Below are positions 50,751 through 63,524 of a stretch of 64,000 nucleotides of DNA, piece by piece. The stretch covers positions 172,360,001 to 172,424,000 of the forward strand of contig OZ024743.1 in assembly GCA_964016885.1 (NCBI GenBank), given 5' to 3'. Under the pieces are notes generated by a model. It was not told the origin of the DNA, made no database searches, and saw only the letters and a list, made by a program, of their open reading frames with translations. The number at the start of each line of letters is the position of its first letter. The stretch's first letter is position 1. Origin of the DNA: Eledone cirrhosa. Taxonomy: Eukaryota. The position numbers were made by a program, and so were the translations under genes.

Positions 50751-51484
50751 CTCTGGAAGAAATTGATGTGTTAAGATCTGGTCTCCGCCAGGTTTTAAAC
50801 ATTCCTCAGAAACGCCGTATGTCATTAAAGCATCCATACGACTCCATCAGAAGTTACGGGTACAATAACTAACACACACACTCTCTATCTATATCTCTCT
50901 TTAATACTGAGTTAAAGTGTGTCTTAAATAAGGGCTATTGGGCATCCCCGTCAGTATCGCTTCCTCAGCTTCTCCCACTTAAACCACTTCCATTTAAACA
51001 ACACGATTGTTAACCAGAAGAACGCTCACCGATGTGCAGAATCCCAGGCGCATGCCGCCCTGTGATCCCAAAGAAAGTGTTACTGCGGAGGATAGCGAGG
51101 AAGACGCTTTGAAATAGTCACTCCAAGTCGCAGGGGCTCTGTTAGTGGCCAACTCTGTCCCGGTAGCAGCATTATCAAATGAAACATATCTCAGACAAGA
51201 ATTAGAATTTTAAAACATATTGGAGAGTGACAAGTTTAGTGGGAAAGGAAAAACAAAAACACGATAAAAAGCAATTCAGGCATATGCAGGCATATACAAA
51301 CACATACACATATTAAAGGCGTATATGAAAGAATATACAATCTGTCTGTGTATAATAAACGTACATAAGTCTCACTATAAGTATTTAAGCTGTGATCACG
51401 TCACAACTACCCCAGTGATCGTTACTGAGGTAGATGTACCATGATCAAAGTTTGAAATATGCACAGTGAGACGTGTGTATGTTG

Positions 51485-51636
51485 GGACGCCATGCTTTGC
51501 AGCATAGTTACGTCCCTTTACGGACTGAGTTCAAATCCCGCCGAGGTTAACTTTGCCTTTCATCCTTACGGGGTCGATAACATAAAGTACCAGTAATGTA
51601 CTGGGATAATTGCTGGCCTTGTGCCAAAAGTAGAAA
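51485..51636 (+). mobile_element. 5'-truncated SINE (4465 family)
   Basis: B box, core and ggccttgtgccaaaagtagaaa end. Confidence 0.88.
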
Positions 51637-51849
51637 TAATTATATGCTTTCATATACGCCTCTATTATGAATCCCACTATGTTAATGTTACTGCTAATTA
51701 AACATATATGGCTGTTGCTGTTTTCAGTACTGACACATGCATAGCATGTGTGGGTGTCTATGCTTGTTGGGTGCAGGCGCAGCATGAAACAATCCACCTG
51801 CAAACGTACCCTTGTATAGCACATGACAAACAACTTTGTCAGGCAGCAA

Positions 51850-52060
51850 GTCAGAAAATATGCTGGCAGACAAGAACCAATCTTTGCGATGGGGAAAAGA
51901 CGGTTATGTATACTTCCCCATGACTCCCTTTCTAAAGCCATCCTTTAGGACACCGTTTGGGGAGGGCGAAAAAGATGTAAACGACAACATCAAGGACTCG
52001 ATAGGTAACAACACCGTGACCTTTTTACGTATGTGGCACTCCAACGACTGGCTGCACCAG
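51850..52060 (+). pseudogene. Old RTE-clade LINE C-terminal remnant
   Basis: HDSLSKAIL*DTV...DNIKD resembles the RTE segment HDSLSKTILQGTVEG...DNIK.W. Confidence 0.55.
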
Positions 52061-53214
52061 TTTCGGAAACTTGATGATGATGATGGAAGAGTGGTGACGA
52101 ATGAAGTCGATAACATTAGTAACAGGTCAGTGTTTAGAGAAACAAGTCCAACTGTAGAGTGTGTGCAGTATGTTTAGGCATTGATGCGCGCGCGCGTAAA
52201 TTAAATACCTAAATGTCCGCGTCAAAAATTGGTGTTACACACAAGAATTCGCTAGGGCCTGTAGGAGCGCTAGTTTGTTCTGTATGCACTCATGCACTTA
52301 GCTGTGTGCATCCACGTCCAAAATAGTCCATACGTGAAAATCTACAAAAAGGACAGAAATTTCTGCTAGTGTTGAAGTTCTTTCAGAGGATATAAAACAA
52401 GGAATTGGTTGTCTTATCCGGTTAGTTAGTCATACAGATGTTAAGCGTGGTTCTGTGGCATTGTTCACTGATTACAGGATAAGCTAGGCTGAAACACGTG
52501 GCTAAATATCGGATACATAGCCGCGTGGTGAGCTGAGGATGGGATCCTGTTCCTCGCGTACTTGAACACTTTTTAATTTATTTATGTCGTTAAGTAATCA
52601 TACATTTGCAAATCCTAATTTATTGATGTATTTATGTAATTGTGCATCATTATTCGGATATGTATTGACATGTGCAAATGCTGGTGCCTCAGCTCATTGG
52701 GTGCAGGGTCAGCGTGCAACTCTCTACCAGCATACGTACCTTTGTATTACATTCGGATGTACATCAACTTGTTCGTACGCAAGCATGAATGAACATAGCC
52801 TCGACGATATCTAGATGGTCCCCATCCCATGGAGAAATAACCGGATATGCGCAGTGCTGAATTAACCTAGTAGCAAGAGTAGCAATTGCTATGAGAGCTG
52901 CATTTTCAGCCCACAGCTTGTCGTAGTTTCTTTTAACATTTTGATCTCTTTATGGTGCAAGTCATATCCTAACCTAGTCTGGCATTGTCGGTGTGTATGC
53001 GGTTCTGATGCAACGCATGCACCGTATGTGCTTTCTTTCTTTCACGTAATTACTCATGCACTTCCTATATTGATATGAAAAAAGAGAGAGAGAGAGGAAG
53101 TGAGAAAGGGAGGAAGGAAGTGAGAGAGAGAAAAGGAGAGGGAGTTAGATAGGAAGATAGAGAGGTAGAGGAAGTGAGAGAGGTAGAGGAAGTGAGAGAG
53201 AGATATAGAGAAAA

Positions 53215-53363
53215 TAATCCACCCCAGTGCTAGAGTGCTAATTTTTTTATCGACCTCGAAATGATAAATGGCAAAGTTAACCTCAGCGGTATTTGAATTA
53301 AGATAGCGCAGAGAGCCGAAGTGAATACCATGAGGCATTTAAACAATTTTTTAATTCACCGCC
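53215..53363 (-). mobile_element. Diverged SINE
   Basis: ttttatcgacc...ggcaaagttaacctcagcggtatttgaa...aattcaccgcc. Confidence 0.65.
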
Positions 53364-53507
53364 TTTTCCCATAGATTATTGTTGATTCTTGTTGTAATAG
53401 CGAATACACAATTTATAAAATCTTTATAACCTACCATTTATGAATTTTGTAAGGAATTTCATAGTATTCTTTAATGTGTATATCAAAGTGGATACTTGTG
53501 AATTTTA

Positions 53508-53870
53508 GGGCGTAGAATGGTCGAAAGATTAAGACGTTCGTTTCTCAATAATTAGGCCCAGAGTTCGATACCACTACGCGGCATCGTATGATTGTGTCAT
53601 TTAGCATAGCCTCGGATCGACCCATGCCTTTTTCTCCGCCCATTTATTCCTGTGACGGTCGTGTGAGCTGAGTCATCAAGCACGACTTCCTGCTGGTCCT
53701 GCTGGTCCTGTCAGAAGCAAATGATTCTGCTGAATACCCAAGTATGATTAACTAAGCTCATGCTGAAGCTGGCACGTTCCTGCAGCAGCTCCTGCAATTC
53801 TTGCTTGTAATTCAGCCTCCTGCCTTGTGACTGAAATTGAGTAAACGGAAAGTGTTTGAAAGCTTGTCGA
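53508..53870 (+). mobile_element. Second, diverged tRNA-derived SINE type, apparently interrupted by a ~190-bp insert (~53631-53820)
   Basis: B box gagttcgatacc; tagcctcggatcgacccatgcctt resumes as tgccttgtgactgaaattgagtaaacggaaa. Confidence 0.5.
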
Positions 53871-54130
53871 ATGAACAGCACCTGTATTTCAAAGGGCCAG
53901 TGTGAGTGTGTGTGTGACGGCTTTTCGCGTGTTAGACTACATACAAGAGCTGTGTAGTCACGCTATCGTTAATACGTCAGGATTATGTGTTGCAGTGAAA
54001 AATATTTAATTCTAAAAAGAAAAGAATTCTAAAAAACAAACAAATCAAGGAAGAAAACATTTTAAGAAATACGAGATTTAAGTAGACTACCAAGTAGAAG
54101 AAATATTGTTGAGATAAATGAGATATAACT

Positions 54131-54317
54131 GTTTCTACTTTTGGCACAAGGCCAGCAATTATCCAGTACATTACTGGTACTTTATTTTATCGACCCCGTA
54201 AGGATGAAAGGCAAAGTTAACCTCGGCGGGATTTGAACTCAGAATGGCAAGGGCCGTAACTCTATGCGTCAAAGCATGGCGTCCAACCCTCTACCGATAC
54301 TGCCAATTCACCGCCCT
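54131..54317 (-). mobile_element. Full-length SINE (4465 family) with an 11-bp target-site duplication
   Basis: TGAGATATAAC at 54119-54129 and 54317-54327. Confidence 0.92.
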
Positions 54318-54749
54318 GAGATATAACAGATGGCTGTGTATTCCTGTGTTCACTTTCTTTTTGTTTTCATGTCAATATTGTGTGTTTTAGTTTGATAGCA
54401 CCACTGTAAAGTTTGATATCCATACAGGCTCATGGATTTTGTGCAGAGTTGTAGTGAGTAAGAATATGCGAGCTGAAATGCAGTGCACAACATGTTTGTG
54501 TCTTAAGATATACAACATTATTCTAACAGATCTTACGTGCAAAAACAACTGGCAGGAAACTTGTTGGTTAACATCCATGAGCTCTGCTTGTCTCGCTTGG
54601 GAATCCAACCAGAGACAGGACCCGCTGGAAGGATTGTTTGGGGACTTTTCCCCACAACACTCTCAGGAATAAGTGGGTGGAAGAGAAGACTTTTTGTCTA
54701 GATATTTGGGCGCAGCATACATGGTTGTGTAGAATGCTCAACAGCTTCA

Positions 54750-57270
54750 TGAGCCCAGAACCCAACGAAAATTGAGTATCTGTTTATGTCACTGTTGTAA
54801 TTATTTATACTAAACTCTTCCTATGGACTGAGTGCTCTTACTCTTGGATATTTCGACTTAACTTTTACTTTAGTAACTAGCACCAGTAACTTATTGTGAC
54901 CAGCAGATTCTTACACGAGTGTATGATTAGCAAACGCTTTAAACTGTTGAGCGCTCTATATATCCGAGTTCCCAACACAACGTGAAGATGGACCTCCGTG
55001 AGATTGACTATTCCATGAAGAATATACCGACCCCTTCGCGCAGGACTTACTCTAAACTTCTCCTCCATAGAGTTGAAGATGTGGTCAAGCATTTGATATG
55101 GAGAGCATTGGCCTCCGATGGAATGCTGTCAAGTTCTGCCAATATATTCAACCTCAAGTCTAGAAAGAACCCACCTAAGGTAAATGAACTCGCTAGCTTT
55201 GAGGCTGATTTTCTCAGTCTCGTTGCTAACATTTCTTTCCGCAAGCACTCCAATTTTCAAAACAAAATAAGTAGAGACATTAAAAACTTCAAATCCTCAG
55301 ATAGAACTTGCGTTCTATCTGATAAAACTGACAACCTGCATGAATTAGATCAGCCTACTTATAACCAACTCCTTAGCAAAACCATACAGGCTAAATACAA
55401 AAAATCTGAACCTGCTACCTATTATGCCATTAATACTGACGCTAAGGATATAGCTGCCACCCTTAGAGTTGGCAACAAATTAGGAGAGAGACCTATATCA
55501 CCCTCAAGGACCATAAGGATGACTTTGCTAACAAACCAACGTGTAGACTTATAAACCCTGCTAAAACAGATCTAGGTCTTGTTAGTAAGGACATACTCAG
55601 GAAAATTAATATAGGCATTAGGAAACAGTCCAACCTTAACCAGTGGGATAATATCCTCAAACACTCTAAGAAAGCTAGATTCGCACAATTTGACATTATT
55701 GAATTTTACGCCTCGATATCCAGGACCTTACTTGATAAGCCCCTTGATTTCGCTACTAAATTTACTAGCGTAGATGATTTGGACCGTTTAGTCATATCAC
55801 ACTGCAGGGAAAACCTCCTCTTTAGTAACGGCGACCCGTGGATTAAAAAAATCAACCACCAATTACCTATTCGATGTACCGATGGGATCATTTGACAGCG
55901 CAGATATATGCGATTTGGTGGGCCTATTTATTCTAGACACCATACAGATAAAATTCCCTGATTTCCATACGGGCATATATCACGATGGCGGTCTAGCTCT
56001 ATCCAGCCATAAAAGCGGCCATGACCTGGACACCTTTAGGAAAAACTTAATCGCCACCTTTAGCAGCCTAGGTTTAAAAATTACGATAGCCACTAATCTC
56101 ACTAATGTCAACTTCATAGACCTACAGACTCGCCCCTATAGACCATTCCACAAAACCAGTGAGAAGTTTCGGTTCATGCATCAGGACTCTAGCTACCCCC
56201 TATAGTTTTTAAAAACCTCATTAACAATATTAGTAAGATTGTTTCCAACCTCTCCTCCAGCAAAGCCATATGTGATAGGGCAGCACCCTACTATAATTTA
56301 GCGCTGAAGAACAACGACTTCCCTGAAACTATTACATACTCTCCAGATCACTGCCCTACATCAAATAAGAAAACACTTAGACATAAAGATGTCATATGGT
56401 TCGCACCACCTTTCTCACTTAATTTGAAAACAAATATAGGCAACAAATTCTTGGCCATAAATACCGAAAGATTTGTAATCGCCATACAATTAAAATATGA
56501 TACACTTGCACCAACAATGTAAAAACCTAACACAAAAACCCTCCACTGTACGGATGCTCATGTAGAAGACCTGAAACATGTCCACTAGACCAACAGTGCA
56601 ACACTCCGGCAGTGATATACCAAGCAGAGGTTACCTCCACCAACCAGAACCACCAAACTTAAGCCTGGATCTATGTTGGTATGTCCGAGAGCCGGTTTAA
56701 AAACCGGTTCCTGAATCACGAAACAACATTCAGATATCCTGATAAAAATCATACCACCCTACTCGCAAATGACGTATGGAGCCTTAAGAACAATGGCACC
56801 CCCTTTTTCCATCAAATGGCGTATTTTGGAAAGATCTATCGCCTACGTAAATGAGTCGAAATTTTGTCGGCTTTGTAATTCCGAAAAATGGTGAATACAC
56901 TCACAATTACCTTCGGATAAACACTGACTCAACACAGGTCTTGATTGATTTGGCGGTTGTCCCCATGTGAAGAAATATATTTTGGATAAAGCGCTTAGGC
57001 CTGACTAACAGGCCCAGAAGTATCTTTCGATTTACTGACTATATTGTAATTCAGGGAAATTGGATCTTTGGAGTCAACTAGTAGAAATTATGTGCTTCTA
57101 TTTTCATTCAAAATTGACTGTGGTCTCTCAAGAGTTATCCCCCTGTATCTTACCCTATTTTTTTTAAATAACCCCTTTTTCTATATTTTTTCCTCATGAC
57201 AGGCTGAATGGATTGGGGCCCAGAACCCAACGAAACTTGGGTACCTGGTTACGTCACTGCTGTAATTATA
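54750..57270 (+). mobile_element. Full-span degenerate Nematis-like PLE (ORF ~54982-57000) with short direct pLTR remnants
   Basis: YSMKNIP, SDKT, YITLKDHK..CRLINPAKTDLG, FAQFDIIEFYASI, MGSFDSADICDLVG, IYHDGG (YRDD mutated), VIYQ..YVG, CRLCNSEK; gcccagaacccaacgaaa...gtcactg.tgtaattat at ~54752 and ~57218. Confidence 0.87.
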
Positions 57271-57271
57271 T

Positions 57272-58138
57272 TAAGTTAAAACAATGAAATAAAAATTCAA
57301 GTCATTAGAAATATACTTCACTGCTTTACGATCGTTTCTAGGTGATGATAATACATCGTAACCATACTTCTTTATCGATCTATGTAAGGTTAGTTACAAA
57401 ATATCAGATAACGAAACAATTTACTTACATGTATATCACCCGCTGTTGTCAAAAGCATTGAGAATTTTATTCAAAATTAGTAGTAAATTAGTAGTAAATT
57501 GAGTTCTATGACCTTATTTGGAGGTAGCTGAAGAACAAAACAATCAGATTGTTTTTTTCCCATATGATGTTAAGATGAAAAATAATTTACTTTAGTTGAG
57601 GTCATGACCCTTTGAAAGGAATGGTTGAATGGTGTTAACAATAGAATTGCTATAAAGAATCTATTAGGAAAAAGGGGAGTCATATTGATAGTTGAATGTA
57701 TATAGTATAGTGAAGTTTAAAAGGAATGTAAAAATTAAATGTTGAGTTGTGTTGTATGGAGGTTTTAGGTGAATATAAATTAAGGTCATTACCAGGAAAG
57801 ATAGTATTTTAAAAGATGAAAATTATAATAAGATAATGAAATATAGTAATACAATAATTTAATATAATGTAACACAATATAGTACGTTGTGGTGCATTGT
57901 ACATAGTATAATACAGCGTATGATACGTCTTAAAATACTTTCAAGTATGTCCATGTATAAATAATCAAACTCAGATAAATGCATGTTGACATATAGTCAA
58001 AACGCATAAATTTCATAGATCACAAAGTGCATATACCCACATTATAGATTGAGGTATAGTTATATTGATACTCAATTAAAAACATACGCATAAATAGATA
58101 CGCATAAATAGATGTAAACATATACATACGTGCACACA

Positions 58139-58224
<86 letters not shown>

Positions 58225-61200
58225 CACACCTATACACACATATATATATGTATATATATGTACACACACATACATGTAACCACACACATAAACACCCATA
58301 CACATATATACGCATATACATATATACACACACATATATATATATATTCACATATCATACATACATAGATACATATTTACTCATGCAATTACGGGTGGTT
58401 GTGTACCTTGTTGCCCTTAGTCATTAACGCATAAATCTAAGGAAGCTAAAAAATTAAAAGGTAAGACATAAGCATGAATGCGTATAATTAGGGGAAAGGG
58501 ATACTAACAAATCTTACGCTACACAGAATTATAGTGAGTTGCTATTTAGAATATTTAATTAGGTTTATAGTATTTAAATGTTTTTCGTATACGGTGATTA
58601 CAAACTATAATCAGTTCTTGTCTTTTATTCAATAAATCGTCCTTAGATTTAGTAATTTCCAAGATCTCCCCTGAACATAACCTGCATTCTCTCCTGTTCC
58701 CAAGATCTGGAATTCTTTGTAGAATGGTGTTCCACGATAGCTTGAAATCTATTTTTTTCTTTTTCTGTGTCTACTACTGACTCCAACAAAACATATATAG
58801 GATCTACATCGAACATATTTAAGAAAAGATATTACGCCACTCTAGTAGTTTTAACAATACTAAACTAGCTAACACCACATCTTTAGCTGAAGCAATAAAT
58901 AACTATAAAAAGAAAAAAATAGATTTCAACCTATCGTGGAACACCATTCTACAACGAACTCCATATCTTGGGAACAGGAAAGAATGCAGGTTATGTTCAG
59001 GGAAGATCTTGGAAATTACTAAATCTAAGGACGATTTATTGAATAAAAGATAGGAATTGATTATAGTTTGTAATCACCGTATACGAAAAACATTATATTG
59101 TCTCTTCAACTTTTAGATCGTCAATGGTTTCGAGAATTTAACTAAAATAAAAAATTAAATTAAATATAATTAAATAAGTAGGGGTTCTCTTTTTCAAAGA
59201 GATATAGAAGGAAAATTAAAAAAGATTAATATGACTCCATATATGTCTCACATGTCAGGATTGAACCTCAGTCCTCGATTCAACCCACAGACCACAATTG
59301 AACACCGAGACCAGGATCTCACCATCTCTGGTTTTTCCCACTAAGCTACCGAGACAGACACATAGATTTACTGAAAATTAATATTTATAAACCTACTTTC
59401 AAAATAAAATTAATTAAATTAAATTAAATTAAAAATAAAATGAAATAAATCGACATTGGGGTTCTAAACTTTAATATATATATATATTCCTTTGACATTT
59501 CTTAGAAAAAAAACTGAAAAAGTTTTGTGAGAACCCCCAATGTCTATTTATTTTATTTTATCTTTAAATAAAATTAATTAAATTAATTTTATTTTGAAAG
59601 TAGGTTTATAAATATTAATTTTCAGCAGACCTTTGTAGCGCCCTTGGCGGCTTAGTGGTAAGTACCAGAGATGGTGAGATCCTTGTCTGTAGGTTCAATC
59701 CTGCTCTGGGAGTTCAATCGTTGCTGGGAGACACATGTAATGTGTCCTGTTAATCTTTTTTTAATTTTCCTTAGAAAAAACTGAAAATCTTTGGTGAGAA
59801 CCCCAATGTCTATTTATCTAATATAATTTAATTAATTTAATTTAATTTAATTTTTACTATAGTTAAATTGTCGAAACCACTGGTGATCTAAAGTAGGAAG
59901 AGACAGATAAAATAGACATTATATTGTCTCCTCAGTGTTTTCGACAATTCAACTAAAATAAAAAATTAAATTAAATATAATTAAATAAATAGGGGTTCTC
60001 TTTTTCAAAGTGATATAGAAAGAAAATTAAAAAAGATTAACATGACACCTTACATCTATCTCATGGACCAGGATTGAACCTCAGTCTTCAATTCAACCCT
60101 CAGACCAGGATTGAACACCAAGAACAGGATCTCACCATCTCTGGTACTTCCCACTAAGGTACCGAGACAGACACATAGATTTACTGAAAATTAATATTTA
60201 TAAAACTACTTTCAAAATAAAATTAATAAAATAAAATTAAATTAAATTAAAAATAAAATGAAATAAATAGACATTGGGGTTCTCACAAAACTTTTTCAGT
60301 TTTTTTTCTAAACCTAATTAAATATTCTAAATAGCAACTCACTATAATTCTGTGTAGCGTAACATTTGTTAGTATCCCTTTCCCCTAATTATACGCATTC
60401 ATGCTTATTTCTTACCTTTTAATTTTTTAGCTTCCTTAGATTTATGCGTTAATGACTAAAGGCAACAAGGTACACAGCCACCCGTAATTACTTGGGTAAA
60501 TATGTATCTATGTATGTATGATATGTGAATATATATATGTGTGTGTGTGTGTATATATGTATATGCGTATATATGTGTATGGGTGTTTATGTGTGTGATT
60601 ACATGTATGTGTGTGTACATATATATACATATATATATGTGTGTATAGGTGTGTATATGTATATACATATATATAAATATATATGTATATGATTGTGTGC
60701 ACGTGTGTAGATGTATGTATATGTTTACATCTATTTATGCGTATGTTTTTAATTGAGTATCAATATAACTATAACTCTATCTATAATGTGGGTATATGCA
60801 CTTTGTGATCTATGAAATTTATGCGTTTTGACTATATGTCAACGTGCATTTATCTGAGTTTGATTATTTATACATGGACATACTTGAAAGTATTTTAAGA
60901 CGTATCATACGCTGTATTATACTATGTACAATGTACCACACCGTACTATATTGTGTTACATTGGATTATATTATTGTATTTCTATATTTCATTATCTTAT
61001 AATTTTCATCTTTTAATATACTATCTTTCCTGGTCTTGACCTTAATTTATATTCACCTAAAAACTCCATACAACACAACTCAACATTTAATTGTTACATT
61101 CCTTTTTAAACTTCACTATACCATATACATTCAACTATCAATATGACAATCCCCTTTTTCCTAATAAATTCTTTATAGCAATTCTATTGTTAACACCATT

Positions 61201-61556
61201 CAACCATTCCTTTCAAAGGGTCATGACCTCAACTAAAGTAAATCATTTTTCATCTTAACATCATATGAGAAAAAAACAACCTGATTGGTTTGTTCTTCAG
61301 CTACCTCCAAATAAGGTCATAGAACTCAATTTACTACTAATTTACTACTAATTTTGAATAAAATTCTCATTGCTTTGGACAACAGCTGGTGATATACATG
61401 TAAGTAAATATTTTTCTTATCTGATATTTTGTAACTAACCTTACATAGATCGATAACGAAGTATGGTTACGATGTATTATCATCACCTAGAAACGATCGT
61501 AAAGCAGTGAAGTATATTTCTAATGACTTGAATTTGCATTTCATTGTTTTAACTTA
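57272..61556. mobile_element. Palindromic (inverted-dimer) PLE 3' end: left arm 57272-58766 (-); right arm 58767-59092 plus 60310-61556 (+)
   Basis: The arms are reverse complements; the plus copy encodes KTYIGSTSNIFKKRY..TSLAEAI..LSW..CRLC..LLNKR (GIY-YIG). Confidence 0.85.
59093..60309. repeat. Three ~400-bp AT-rich units in alternating orientation, each with a tRNA-like core
   Basis: ~59093-59470 (-), ~59500-59910 (+), ~59918-60309 (-); the core at 59640-59711 has a D-arm gctt/aagt and a T-arm gtagg-ttcaat-cctgc. Confidence 0.75.
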
Positions 61557-62462
61557 TATTATGACTCTGTTTTCCTTTTAATGTTTTATTGTTTTCCGGG
61601 ATTTATTTTAGCCTACAACATTTTCAACATATGGATTACATTGAGTTCTTCATGCAGACTGGACCCCACAACTTACCGTGGATATCTCTGTATATATATA
61701 TATATATATATATATCTTTGCCGAACGTTTTTACCACCGTCGTAAAAAAAACCTTCTGGATTATCTCCCTTTGCCTTCTCCTCACTTTTGGCTGCCCGTG
61801 TCTCTCTCTCACTTTCTCCTGTCTATGTGAGAGGCAGCACGATTATACCAGCTCTGAGTCGTAGCTGACCACCAGGCTAAAGTCTCCCAGGTTGACCACA
61901 ACTTACTTTCCCTATTTTTCCACGGTTACTTTTTTGCATGTTTCTTTCACCTGTGTCTTCCCACGATGGGATCTGTACACTTTTTTTTCTTCTATTCCTT
62001 TCCTATTTTTCCCCTTCTTCCTCTCTCCTCATCTTTTTCCTCTCTGTTCTTCCTCCTTTCCCTCTCTTTCCTTTTCTCTCACTTTTTTTCTCTCCTTCTC
62101 TCTCCTTTTCCACCTGACCTTTTGATTAATAAAAGGCCTTGGGCGCACCCGAACTACACCGATGTCCACCGGTTCGGGATATATTTACAGCTGACGATGG
62201 AAATTCCTTTCTCCTCCTGTTCCGTCCTAACCACCATCCTAAACCTTGCTTTTAGTAACCACACAGCTCCTTTCGTTTCATAACTTTTTGTATATATATA
62301 TATATATATATAAGGATTAGAATACTGGAGCGTGTTGGAGTTAAACACCCTCTTCGTATTATAGAAATGACAGTAAAAGGTATAGCTCAATGCAGTTAAA
62401 CAGAGCCAAAAAATTAAGAGAGTAAAACAAAGAATCCTTTAATACATCAAAAGTGTTTATTA

Positions 62463-62500
62463 GCCGACAATGTTTCGTCCTATTAAGGACCCATCAGGGC
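62463..62500 (-). ncRNA. Minimal type I hammerhead ribozyme-like motif (PLE-type) with one core mismatch
   Basis: gcc-CTGATGG-gtcct taat aggac-GAAA-cattg-TC-ggc. Confidence 0.65.
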
Positions 62501-62596
62501 AATCAAAACAACAAGAAGTAATATCGGCAGATACAAGCCGGAAACTCCGAAGAATATGGAGTGTACATACACTAAAGTCTTGCAAAAATATATGAT

Positions 62597-62660
62597 AATA
62601 AAAATAAAAATAAAAATAAAAATAAAAATAAAAATAAAAATAAAAATAAAAATAAAAATA
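62597..62660. repeat. (TAAAAA)n repeat
   Basis: Direct reading. Confidence 0.95.
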
Positions 62661-62881
62661 TATAATAAGAATAACTAAGGATGTAGATAACATTAAGAAC
62701 CATATTACAAATATAGTCGAAAAAGCAACTAACCTAAATCTAAACAAATTTGGTCATATATAGCAGGAATTATATATAACACAATGCAATATAACATAAT
62801 ACATTATAATAATATACCTTTACCAACATTAAAATTACAATTAAAAATCAAAAGGTACAATATATACATGTATATATGTGC

Positions 62882-62885
<4 letters not shown>

Positions 62886-62932
<47 letters not shown>
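62886..62932. repeat. (CA)n microsatellite
   Basis: Direct reading. Confidence 0.97.
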
Positions 62933-62938
<6 letters not shown>

Positions 62939-63342
62939 ACAATGGCACATCCATGTTCAACTACACAAATTAAGCCTTATTAGAAGTTTGAATATAAAAA
63001 TAAGCATGATAAGAGTGAAAATAATACCAATACATCTACTCAATATACATGAGGCAATAATATGATATAATTACAAGAGACACATATAATAAATAATAAA
63101 CAATAAAATTATATAATTCAATATAATATAATAGATAATCCCCGGTTAATTTACAGAAACAATATAGATGTCACAATAAAATACAATGATAATATGTTAA
63201 CAGTGTACTAACATTTACCATAAACAATATATACAAATCGATTCATACTGGGTTACAGAGTAAATGAGGAAAAATAAATTATATAATACTCAAAAAAATA
63301 CTATAATGGTATAGGAAAAATTATGATGGTACAGAAAAAATA

Positions 63343-63524
63343 TACAGACATCTTACATGATATGTAAAGTCTAAATATCATAATGTTACATATAATGAAC
63401 AGTAAGTAATAAGGATCAATGTTACAATATTACAAAAATACAGACATCTTACATGATATATAAAGTTTAAATATCATAATGTTACATATAATGAACAGTA
63501 AGTAATAAGGATCAATATTACAAT
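63343..63524. repeat. Tandem duplication with a ~96-bp period
   Basis: tacagacatcttacatgatat...aaggatcaat at 63343 and 63439. Confidence 0.9.

Noticed and set aside
50795-50852. CTGATGG plus stem on the minus strand as a hammerhead
   Set aside because: GAAA is not on the same strand after the stem.
59640-59711. Functional tRNA gene
   Set aside because: Acceptor and anticodon stems pair poorly and the T loop is short; treated as a tRNA-derived repeat.
57272-61556. Foldback or MULE DNA transposon with long terminal inverted repeats
   Set aside because: The inverted sequence includes PLE GIY-YIG coding sequence; no transposase or clear target-site duplication was seen.
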